Shown: positions 10,291 to 21,409 of the stretch, piece after piece | Position numbering within the stretch: the first letter of the stretch is position 1 | How the letters are laid out: each line of letters opens with the position of its first letter | Assembly: GCF_006345805.1 (NCBI RefSeq) | Contig: NC_043014.1 | Location: forward strand, 53,444,001-53,508,000 | DNA length: 64,000 nucleotides | From: Octopus sinensis | Lineage: Eukaryota | Direction of reading: 5' to 3' | Notes under the pieces: model-generated | What the model was told of the DNA's origin: nothing | The model's input: only the letters and a program-made list of their open reading frames with translations | Databases searched by the model: none | Translations under genes and position numbers: made by a program

Positions 10291-12782
10291 AGTGTTTTTC
10301 ATACTCCATATAATAATAAGAAGAAGAAGAAGAAAAGCTCATGACGTCCTTTTACTGGTTTATTGACTTTATTAACAAACACCTGGTGTTGTTTACTCTC
10401 AGACCATCCCTGATTGGATAGACACGTGATCCAAAATATTCAACTCTTAACCGTTCCATCTTTCCCTCAGCTACGGAGTATCTTGGACTACATTATCCAC
10501 ACTGTCTGTGTGTTTTGAAGGTAGTATGATGTGATTAGAAATTTGTTTGCTATTTCTAGCAATATGAGTGACCTCATAGTGGCTCCTTCACTGACCCAGA
10601 AACGATAGATGTGAAGTAGAAAGTTGTCATCATTTAACGCATGACTGACCAGACCCAGGATCAAACGTTTCCCAACCATGACCATCCAGACACATTGAAA
10701 CAACATTATCCAATGCTGTCTTCTCTTTCGAGACAAAATTATTGTGTTTTGGTGGCAGATTTAGCTTCTGTTTTCCAGATTGAGTTGAGCAGGTGTGAGC
10801 ACAGGTTTCACACATGCATCCTATGCTGCAAGCTTCCTTCCTGATGTGCTGACCACAACACTGGTCTTTGATATTTGGTAACCATTCTGTGTTGGGAACC
10901 TCCAAGTTCATCCATGTCTAGCATGTTTAGTTGTTTTGGGAAGAGTTGTTTTTTTCCCCTCCTGGGGTCTGTCAGAAGAGTAACAGCTGCTCTCCTCTTC
11001 AGCCCTTCACCATTCTTTAGAAACTCTTCCTCACATGAGAAGAGCTCCACAATCTGTTTATAATGCAGCGTCATGAAAAATCAAACCAGCATTTGATTTG
11101 TTCTTTATTAAATTAACGCCAAAACAATTAAAGGTAAACTTGACTTCAGCAGGATTTGAACTTAGAATGCAAAGGAGTTAGAACATTTCTTATCATTTTG
11201 CCACGGGTCTACCGTACCACACTATGGGACACACACAAAACTTCTTTATAAACATGAGACTTTGCTTCTGTCATCTGGACAACATCAATGCTTTTGAAAC
11301 TGACCTATTTTCCATTACATTTCAGAAAGATTTAGTGCTGAAGCAGAAATATCATTATATTCTGCTCAACACCACAGATTTGTTTGTCGGTTGCTTGACC
11401 TTAATCACTTGAGCATGACCCTTAGTGGCTGACAATACGTACATCTCTGATTACGAGCAGAAGTAGTGAGGAAGCATCATAGCCATGTGTTGAGAAGGAC
11501 CCTTTGGGGTTTAAATAAATGTAACAAAAGCAAAGTTTTAAGGAAATATTAGCCATTTTTCATACTTTCTAAGAGTAAGCAAATAGGAGATAACAGTGGC
11601 TACCCAAGGACAAAACATTGTGTTACACAGTGTTAACGATAATGAGCCATGGACAAATCACTTGGTTGTGAAACCCTGGAAATGACTCCATGCAACAGTT
11701 TGAATGAGTTTTTGAATTACTTTGGACATGGTTCATATGATTCATGTATGTCTAGAGGTAGTGTGTGTGTGTGTATAAAAATATATGTACATATATATGT
11801 GTGTGTGTGTGTATATTTATGTATGTGGATTGAATATCAGCAGATCCAATAGCAAACCTTGCAACACAGGTGATGTGACACACAGACACACACACACATC
11901 ATTGTCATCATTGTCTTCTGTCCATTCTCCATGTTGGCATGGACCAGACAGGTCACTGGGGTCAGAAGTGTCATGTTCTAAAAACCCTAATGGTTCCTCC
12001 CAATCTCGCTCTTCACCCTGCATGGAGGGGGATGGGTGTGTGACAGCAGCAATAGAGAGGGGGAGAGAGAGAGAGAGAGAGAGAGTCATGTTGAAGACAC
12101 TAATTAAGGGAACTCACAAACTCATCTCGTTTCTTGATTGCCAACATCTTTATGAAGTGAGAGACATGGGTAGTAGGAGGAGGAGGACTGACAGCGAAGG
12201 GGGAAGGGTGGTGGTAGGAGGAGTGACAGCGAAGGGGGAAGGGTGGTGGTAGTGGTGGCAGGAGTTGTTAGTAGTTAGAGATTGGTTTGCATTGTATGGA
12301 AGGCAATATGATTGAGATGGTAGGTTAATAAGGGTGTGAGAGAGGAGATGGGGTTATGAGAGAGAGCGAGGGCTCAGATATACAGGATTAAATGAATATG
12401 CAGTGCGACAGGAAGTGATGACTGGCAGCAGAGAAGGGGAGGATGAAGATTGAGTGAACTGGGCAAATATGGGCCCAGGACTACAAAATGGGTGACAGGG
12501 GTTGAGAGCAATGAGGATGGTGAAAGGAAAGGAGGTGGGTTGTGTATTCCTGAATAGAATAAGCAGTTATGGAGAGATGGTCAGAAATGGTACAGTGGAA
12601 TCTTTTTGCTTGACTGACTGGAAGCAGAATATGGCAAACAGAAGAGATTACCTGCCATCCCCAGAGACAACTGAGATGGGGAGGAAATGACTGAGAGATT
12701 AACACAATGGGTCTGGATAAAAGAAGGTTATATATATATGAGTGAGAAAGTATGGTTGGTGGTTACACATGGTTGAATATAC

Positions 12783-12841
12783 AAGGAAAGAAATAAGATG
12801 AAAACAAATCTGGTGTGTTTTTCCATCTTATTTCTTTCCTT
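12783..12841. repeat. Inverted repeat/hairpin with 18-bp perfect stem
   Basis: AAGGAAAGAAATAAGATG (12783-12800) is the exact reverse complement of CATCTTATTTCTTTCCTT (12824-12841). Inner aaaaca/tgtttt pairing and a 9-nt loop. Confidence 0.9.
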
Positions 12842-12860
12842 ATATATATATATATAATCT

Positions 12861-13682
12861 ATCATCATCATCATCGTTTAACGTCCACTTTCCATGCTAG
12901 CATGGGCTGGATGATAGTCAGGCAGTACTGCCAATGGTCACGCTCAAATGGTATTTTTTACATTCCAGAAGCCAGTTAGCCACTCTGGCAGCAATCACAC
13001 TTGGATGGTGCTCTTAGCGCTCCACTAGCATGGATGCCAGTCATCAAATTTGATTTTGATTTCACTTGCCTCAACAGATCTTTGTAAGCAGAGTTTAGTG
13101 TCCAATAAAGGAAAGGTACGCATAAGTGGGCTGGTTACACCCCTGGCATAGGCCACGAGATTATGGTCTCATTTGGCTTGCCAGGTCTTCTCACGCACAG
13201 CATATTTCCAAAGGTCTCAGTCTCTAGTCATTTCCTTGGTGAGGCCTAATGTTCGAAGGTCATGCTTCACCACTTCATCCTAGGTCCTCCTGAGTATACC
13301 TCTTCCACAGGTTCCCTCAACCGCTAGTGTGTGGCACTTTTTCACACAACTACCTTCATCCATTCTTGTCACATGACCATACCAGCGCAAACGTCTCTCT
13401 TGTACACCACAACTGATGCTTCTTAGGTCCAACTTTACTCTCAAGGTACTTACACTCTGTCGATTATGAATACTGACATTACACATCCATCGGAGCATAC
13501 TGGCTTCATTTCTTGCGAGCTTACACATGTCCTCAGCAGTCACAGCCCATGTTTCACTGCCATGTAGCATGGCTGTTCGTACACATGCGTCATACAGTCT
13601 ACCTTTTACTCTTAGCGAGAGGCCCTTTGTCACCCGCAGAGGTAAGAGCTCTCTGAACTTTGCCCAGGCTATTCTTATTCTA
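12861..13682 (-). mobile_element. 5'-truncated RTE-clade LINE (ORF2 C-terminus, 3'UTR, (GAT)n tail), inactivated
   Basis: RIRIAWAKFRELLPL...LHGSETWAV...RRLRWYGHVTRM...GRG..RRT*DEVVKHDLRTLGLTKEMTRD*DLWKYAVREKTWQAK* with nonsense codons at 13280-13282 (TGG>TAG) and a CGA>TGA. Natural stop at 13169-13171. Tail at 12861. Confidence 0.92.
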
Positions 13683-14050
13683 CCTTGGATTGTAGGGTGG
13701 CCTGCGTACATCAACATCAAAATAAAAATCAAATGGAAATTATAGTTGTGAAACCTGTGCCAGTGGAATGTAAAAAGCATGATCCAAACGTTCCTGATGC
13801 CAGCGGCACGGGAAAAGCACCAACCGATCGTGGCTGCTGCCAGTCTCCCCTGGCACCTGTGCCGGCAGCACATAAAAAGCACCCACTACACTCAGAGAGG
13901 TTGGTGTTAGGAAGGGCATCAAGCTGTAGACACACTTCCAGATCAGACTGGAGCCTGGTGCAGCCTCCTGGCTTCCCAGATCCCAGTCGAACCGTCCAAC
14001 CCATGCTAGCATGGAAAACAGACGTTAAACGATGATGATGATGTTGATGA
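13681..14050 (+). mobile_element. RTE LINE 3' end fused back-to-back to the minus-strand RTE copy
   Basis: Starts taccttggattgtagggt (as in the 16361 copy), carries internal gtggcac..aaaaagcacc repeats and ends cccatgctagcatggaaaacagacgttaaacgatgatgatg. Confidence 0.85.
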
Positions 14051-14051
14051 T

Positions 14052-14090
<39 letters not shown>

Positions 14091-14223
14091 CATATATATA
14101 TATACATACATATATATACACATCATATATATATATACATACATATATATATACACATCATATATATATATATATACATACATACATCATATATATATAT
14201 ACATACATATATATATATATATA

Positions 14224-14259
<36 letters not shown>

Positions 14260-14335
14260 CATATATATATATATATATATATACATACATCATATATATA
14301 TATATATATATACATCATATATATATATATATACA

Positions 14336-14371
<36 letters not shown>

Positions 14372-14467
14372 CATCATATATATATATAATACACATCAAT
14401 ATATATATATATATACACATCATATATATATATATATATATACATCATATATTATATATAATATATA

Positions 14468-14507
<40 letters not shown>

Positions 14508-14760
14508 TATATATATATATATATATACATACATCATATATATATATATATATATATACATCATATATATATATATATACACATCATATATATATATATT
14601 ATATATATACATCATATATATAATATATATACACATCAATATATATATATATATATACACATCATATATATATATATATATACATCATATATATATATAT
14701 ATATACATCATATATATCATATATATATATATATAAATATATATATACACACACACACAC
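14051..14760. repeat. Compound microsatellite: (TA)n punctuated by CATCA/CACATCA, about 700 bp
   Basis: Directly visible. It generates the spurious YI-repeat ORFs. Confidence 0.95.
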
Positions 14761-15306
14761 ATGTACAGACAGATACATTTATGTACATACAAACACATGC
14801 ACGTATGTCTATATACACACACCTAACCCCCCCCCCACACACACACACACAGACTCTTAGGTTATCTCTGTATATCACAAATTACATCATTTGTAAATTC
14901 CAGTCAAATGGTTATTGAAATGTTCTTCAACTCTTTCCAATTAGGAAAGAGATGTAGAACAAATAACCACACCTCCCCACCCCACCCCCAACACAACAAA
15001 CAAAAATGAAGCAAAACATTAAAAGTGCAATAAAAACGATTTCAATGGCAACTGCTGTTTCCCTTTACTCAACTGTGAATATTGCTTATGCAGCCATAAT
15101 ACAAAATATGAATTAATTAGCCTGTTTGCATTCTGATTGGTCGATCACTGATCACAAGACTTTACCAGCTTTTATTTGTTATGTTGTAGCTTTTATCTAC
15201 ATTTTAGCTTTTTGCACAAAGACACACACGTATTCACTTATATATATAATCTACATATATCAGTACACACACACGTGTATATATATATATATACATTTGT
15301 ATATAC

Positions 15307-15371
<65 letters not shown>

Positions 15372-15451
15372 CATACATTTGTACATATACATGTGTGTGT
15401 GTATATATATATATATATACGTATATTTATATATACATTTGTACATATACA

Positions 15452-15496
<45 letters not shown>

Positions 15497-15497
15497 T

Positions 15498-15530
<33 letters not shown>

Positions 15531-15610
15531 CACATTTGTACATATACATGTGTGTATATATATATATATATATCTATACATATATACATACATCATCATC
15601 ATATATATAT

Positions 15611-15765
15611 TTTTTTTCTCTCCTTGCTTTTCTATGTGTCCCTTTCTGTAGAAGAGCGTAGGCTCAAAACGTAAAAGACTTTTTAATTCCCGACCGTTAT
15701 ACTAATACATGTTTGTTTTCTACACCACTTGTCTTCGTCTATTTTCTTTTTTGTGAACTCTCCCT
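15611..15765 (+). mobile_element. Penelope-like element terminal (pLTR-type) remnant
   Basis: ctttctgtagaagagcgtaggctcaaaacgtaaaagactttt...ctaatacatg...tacaccacttgtcttcgtc...gtgaactctccctatata, embedded in (TA)n. The GAAGAGC-GTAG-GCTC-(G)AAACGT motif resembles recalled Penelope termini. Confidence 0.55.
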
Positions 15766-15835
15766 ATATATATATATACACACATGTCTATATATATATA
15801 TATTTATATATATATATACACATACATATATACAT

Positions 15836-16020
15836 TATCATCATAGTTTAACGTCCACTTTCCATGCTGGCATGGGTTGGACGATTTTGACTGAGGACTG
15901 GCGAACCAGATGGCTGCACCAGGCTCCAATCTTGATCTTGCAGAGTTTCTACAGCTTGATGCCCTTCCTAACGCCAACTGCTCCGAGAGCGTAGTGGGTG
16001 CTTCTTATGTGCCACCGGCA
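15836..16020 (-). mobile_element. 5'-truncated RTE LINE 3' end
   Basis: Plus strand reads catcatagtttaacgtccactttccatgctggcatgggttggacg...gatgcccttcctaacgccaac...gtagtgggtgctt. Confidence 0.85.
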
Positions 16021-16137
16021 ATATATATATACAGAAGTATATATATATATACATGTATATATATATATATATATAGACTTGTGAATATATATGTATGTAC
16101 ACATATATAGATATATATATAAATATATACACTTGTG

Positions 16138-16169
<32 letters not shown>

Positions 16170-16259
16170 TATACATATATATATAAATATATACACTTGT
16201 GTATATATATATATATATATATGTACACATATATACATATATATATAAATATATACACT

Positions 16260-16299
<40 letters not shown>

Positions 16300-16360
16300 T
16301 ATACATATATATATACAGAAGTGTGTGTGTGTATATATATATATATACTTCTGTATATAC

Positions 16361-16775
16361 GGCCTGCTGTGCTTACCTTGGATCGTAGGGTAACCTGCTG
16401 TGCTTGAGGAGACCTATAGAGTCAAGTACATCAACATCAAAAAATCAAATGGAAATTGTAGTTACGATCCCTGTGCTGGTGGCACATAAAAAGCACCATC
16501 CAAACGTGGCCGATGCCAGCGCCACTGTGACTGGCTTCTGTGCCAGTGGCATGTAAAAAGCACCCACTGATCGTGGCCACTGCGAGCCTCCCCTGGCACC
16601 TGTGCTGGTGGCACGTAAAAAGCACCCACTACACTCATAGACTGGTTGGCGTTAGGAAGGGCAACCAGCTGTAGAAACAGACTGGAGCCTAGTGCAGCCT
16701 CCTTGCTTCCCAGACCCTGGTCAAACCGTCCAACCCATGCTAGCATGGAAAACAGACGTTAAACGATGATGATGA
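16361..16775 (+). mobile_element. RTE LINE 3' end (last codons, 3'UTR with about 3 internal repeats, (GAT)n tail)
   Basis: ctgctgtgcttgaggagacc (AVLEET, compare AVREKT of the 13 kb copy), then gtggcacataaaaagcacc repeats and the common terminus. Confidence 0.85.
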
Positions 16776-16852
16776 ATATGATGATATCTATCTATATATA
16801 TCTATATCTATATATCTATCTATCTATATATACACACACACACACATGTATA

Positions 16853-17000
16853 TATTTTCTCTCCTTGTTTCTTTCTGTGTTCATTACCAAAGAAGAGTGT
16901 AGGCCTGAAAAATTAAAGACTTTTTCACTTCCCAACCGTTAAACTAACACATCTGTTTGTTGTCTACACCATCTGTCTTCGTCTTTTGTGAATTCTCCCT
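16853..17000 (+). mobile_element. Second Penelope-like terminal remnant
   Basis: Aligns by eye to 15611-15765 (ttttctctccttg...gaagagtgtaggcctgaaa...aaagactttt...tacaccatctgtcttcgtc...gtgaattctccct). Confidence 0.55.
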
Positions 17001-17143
17001 CGTATATATATATACATATTCACATATATGATCATCATTTACTGTCATCTTTTTTTTCTCCATGCTGGCATGGACTGGACAGTTTCACAGGATCTAGTAA
17101 ATCCCAGTTGTGCATCAAGCTCCTATGTCAGCTTTATGTATGC

Positions 17144-17209
<66 letters not shown>

Positions 17210-17499
17210 CAGAATGGAAACTGACCTGTGGTGGACTGCATCAGCAAAAGCTGATGTTATTTAGAAAAAGTGAAAAAGTGGCAGAAAGTAGAGTGAAATT
17301 GCCATGGAATAGAAAATCTAGCATTTCAAGCGATCGGAAATGCCTGATTTCTCTACCCTGCACACAATTGATCTGCTCTCTTCCTGTTGATTTAGTGTGC
17401 ATCGGTCCCTTTATTATATGTTTTGTCCTTCTATGTTCTCAGTAGCTAACAATACAACATAAACACCCTCATCCTCTTTTTCTAGCTGTAACTACTCAT

Positions 17500-17860
17500 C
17501 TTCATCCTCATCATTTCAATATTTCCTTTTCCAAGCTTATATGAGTCATACAGAATTTATTGAGACAGATTTTGTGCAGCCGGATACCCTTCCTGTTGCC
17601 ACCCCTCACCTATTTCCAAATAAGGCAATATTTTCCATTGTCATGGAAGACTGGAAATGAGCAACATCACATGTATGATGTGACACACGTTTACAGCCAT
17701 CAATTGACACAGAGACAAGGACACACACACACGACAGTTTTTCCCATAATTACCACAAACTAAATTTCCTAATGAGGCTTTGGTTGTCTTGGCACCCTCA
17801 AAGAAGACACTTACCCAAAGTGCCATTCAGTGGGATTGATCCTGAAACTAGTTGAGCAGA
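17500..17860 (-). mobile_element. tRNA-SINE head B with RTE-like tail, degenerate
   Basis: Same body as 2448-2841 (gatacccttcctgttgcc...tttccaaataaggcaata...gaagacacttacccaaagtgcc..cagtgggattga). Partial copies also at about 8925-9120, 32938-33330, 35592-35780, 38110-38300 (-) and 37190-37325 (+). Confidence 0.7.
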
Positions 17861-20800
17861 GAATTCTGATGCCCAGTTTTTAGTTCCTAAATTACTGGTT
17901 GATAGATAATGGAAACCACAGAATAGAAATTCTCTTTCAAATTTATAAAATTTGTGTTTTCATAAACCAAAATCTAAAGGAGAGAAAGAAATATTAATGG
18001 AAATGAAAAAAATTCCATTTCAAAAGAAAATTTCTAAAAAATCAATACCATAAAACTCAAATTGCAGTTCAATAATTGAATCTCAATTCACTGGATTTCA
18101 ATTTCAGTTATTAAAATTTAGATTTTTTTTCATCTTAATTCTAATAACATGTTTTCCCAATTTTAAACTCAAAACTAAAAAAGAAGAAAAAAAAAAAGAC
18201 TTGGAATTAAAAATAATTGAAATTAAATTCTATTTACCAGACAGCTTGGACAGTTCCACATATCCAGTATTAACGGATTTTTCTTATCCTCTGCTGCCGT
18301 GGGTTGGTGTGAACAGCTCTCAAGCTCCACTTTGCAATGTCATGATATATGTTATTTGCTGGTGAAAACACGGTTCCTATCATATTTATGTATTAAAGTT
18401 TAACAACATTAACATTCTTCCAAAAGCCATGATCTGGTCCATGATAGACATAACATTAATTTCACTGACTTCAGTCATTGGACTGCTGCCATTCTGGAGC
18501 ACTACCTTCAAGGTATTTGGTTGGTCATACTCAATTCAAGTCATTATTTCATTTGATATCTTTTTTATACAACATTAGCAAACATACACAGATATATATC
18601 CCTTACAGCATTCTGCACAGCTACTTCCAACCAGATTCACTCACAGGGGCCTTGATCAAACCAAGGCTGTGCTAGGAGATACTTGCCCAACATCTCCACA
18701 CAAGGGCACCAAATACAGAAACACAGAGCTTCTTCCATCCTGCATAGAGAGGGACTTGGTCATCTCAGTGTAAGTCAGCTCTCAGAGATGGGCAGAGAGT
18801 GGCACATGTGGCACATGATGCCTTCCTTGTATGTTCTAGTTTAAAAAGGGGTTTTACAGCTGGATGCCCTTCCTAAAACTTGTCTCTTTCTACAGAATGT
18901 ATTGAGTGCATTTGTTGCACCAGCATCATAGACTGCTGGGTGTGCTTTATCATTGTACCCAGGACATTTTGTCTAGTGTTGGTGGCAGGAGAAAACTCGT
19001 CAAATGTATTTTGTAAATTAGTTGATAACAGCAAGGGTTTCTGGCTGTAGAAATCTTGCTAAAATAATTGAGCATCTAAGGGAGCTGTGAACTCTGCAAG
19101 ACTTCTCGTAGCCAACCAGTGACTGAGCTATAAGCTTAGTCTATCTAGTACTCTTCATTTCTCAGGGTTTAAATCATGAAAATTGAGCAATCAACTTTTA
19201 AAGTGCGTAGACATTCTGGGAGACACCCTATTTGCATACACACATACAGAGGCATTCAATGCCTTTGAGCAGTTTTAGTCAAGCAAATTCTACAGCAAAG
19301 TATTGAGCGATGAGAGAGGCTAAAGTAGAAGACATCTGTGACGACAGAGTGTGAGTTAGGTTGCTTCCTTTGATGGGATATCATCTTATATTGAACGTGT
19401 TTGCAATTAAATTTATTCAGAAACTTATTTTTCCAAACTTTCCCTGATTAAAAGTGTGTAAAATGCCAACTGTTCAGTGTAGTTCTCCACTTCATGAGGC
19501 CAGAGTTAAACTGATTTCTTTGGTGCAAAGCAAACCAGAGTTAGATATTTATATTAAAGCTAACTCTAGTTACCTATGCTCAAAAGTGTTCCAACCAGGA
19601 CCATCCTGTTTTGTATACCTAGGATGAATTTATCCTATGTGACACTGTTTCCAAAAGGATAGATTGTAATTTGAGAGATCTGGTATCTATTTCTAGTAGG
19701 CTGAACAACCATATAGAGGCTCCATCCTTGGTTCACCTTAAACAGGTTCTGAGTTGGTGCAAACATTAAACTGTTGTAAGCAGGGGGAACACTCTTTAAT
19801 TAACAAGTGTTTTTGTTTGAACCCTTCACATCGCATGATAGCTGTCCCTTTTAATTAAACCCGTGTTTATTGCATTTAATGTTGTAGCCATTATCAATCT
19901 AATTGGGAACAATTACGTGGAGAAGAACTGATGCTATTAGCTCAAGGGTGAACATGATCTTCGGCATTTCTGAAAGTAAGGGAAACAACTCTAAACACGT
20001 TTCAATTTAATTAAGAACTCAACAGTAAAACAGACATCACTGACCTTAAAATGGTGAGGAGAATCACCATGTAGATGTACAATATTGTATGAAAAAAATC
20101 TCAAATGAGATGCTATCTCTATGGAAAGTAATAGTTAAGCTAGTGTTAACATATTTAATGTAATTAGCACCAAGAATCTAATTAGAAACATTTACGTGGA
20201 GAGGAAAAGACATTAGTTAATGACTAATTGTATCATTTTTAATTATTTCGATAAGGGAGACAACTCTGGTTTAGCTTTTGGTTTTATTAGACTCAAAGAA
20301 ATTTCATTCTTGGCAGCAGCTCATCTCTGTGAGATTTATTGTCATAAAATCATTGGTTGAAGAAGCCAAGAAGACAACCTCAACATGATAGCTAAATCTC
20401 CCTCCTATCATTACACAGAAAAGAACAGATGGATTATGTAGCCCGCGGCACACTATTTCTGAATAAGAGACGAGGTCATCAGAGCTGGAATATCTTTGAT
20501 CTCACATGACCTCGTGCAATAGATACACACATATAAGGGAGGCAATTCGTATACCCCGGGAATCACAACTACATTTTCTGTATATATTGAACTTCGAATT
20601 GCTGCAATGCTCAAATAATATAAATATGGTTCGGGTATCTGAGGTCAGTTTAATGTATTGCCCTGTGTATACTTACACATACAGTCCATCATTTTTCGTT
20701 CACACATTCTGTCTATTTTACTCTTTCACTTTATCCGACACCCACAATGGGTTTATTATATATTTTAGCAACTATATGTGTACACAGATGTCTGCAACAC

Positions 20801-21187
20801 CAAATTGTGGGATTCAAGTCTGGTATCAGGTGGGAAGAAAATCAATTATTGTGATGTAGGAGAGTTTATGTGTGTTTATCAAGTGGTAGCATTAAGACAG
20901 AGATAACCTGGACCAAGCTTTGGCTGAAACAAATCCAAGTTCATGGTTCTGCAATATTGTTTTTTTTAAAGCAAAGAATCTTAGAGGTTTGTCCAATTTG
21001 GCAGTTTTCTTCCCATAAGACTATTTCAAGCACCAACAACTCCAGACTAAATGAGTTAAGCTGATGTTTAGAACATCTTATCGAAAAATTCTGAAGGAAC
21101 GTTTGCTGTAGATGCAGTCTGAAGGGAGTTGGTACCAAAATGGTTATGAAGAGGTAAAGTAACATCAAATTGGCCAATCTATCACCC

Positions 21188-21401
21188 TTCACCTTTTAGC
21201 ATTGAAACTGGACATATTAGGCCAAAATATTTGCCTGTTTTGTTTAAACTGATCAGATCTCACACTTATGCTACAATGTCATTCTAAGAATAAACAATCA
21301 CATCATTGAAATCTCAAAGCTATGAGATAAGCCATGATTAACTCAAAACAATGAGAAGAAATAAGCACATTTCAGAGAGTAAACTGAAAGTAAAGGGTTA
21401 A
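21188..21401. mobile_element. piggyBac-like MITE (TTAA-flanked, ~210 bp)
   Basis: Left end ttcaccttttagcatt, right end gaaagtaaagggTTAA. Its interior is the reverse complement of the 55629-55997 copy (gaaatctcaaagctat / atagctttgagatttc). Confidence 0.55.
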
Positions 21402-21409
21402 ATAATAAT

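Larger units (their letters stand above)
15228..16360. repeat. (TA)n/(CA)n/(TG)n microsatellite fields with higher-order units
   Basis: Unit tacatttgtacatatacatgtgtg...(ta)n occurs three times at 15360-15570. Unit gtacacatatatacatatatatataaatatatacacttgtgtata occurs about three times at 16095-16310. Confidence 0.9.

Noticed and set aside
10760-11074. Possible Gypsy integrase zinc-binding relic (LNMLDMDELG...CETC)
   Set aside because: Too few diagnostic residues, no LTR or other pol motifs. It needs an HMM search.
14032-16393. Long YI/IY/CV-repeat ORFs (also 62504-63865, 41805-42101, 51009-51365)
   Set aside because: These are translations of (TA)n, (TATG)n and (GT)n microsatellites.
19211-19237. 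snRNA gene implied by an octamer plus Staf-like site (DSE-like pair)
   Set aside because: No recognisable U snRNA or proximal element within about 300 bp on either strand.
20506-20600. Possible Penelope GIY-YIG C-terminus (REAIRI)
   Set aside because: A single short motif with no supporting upstream residues.
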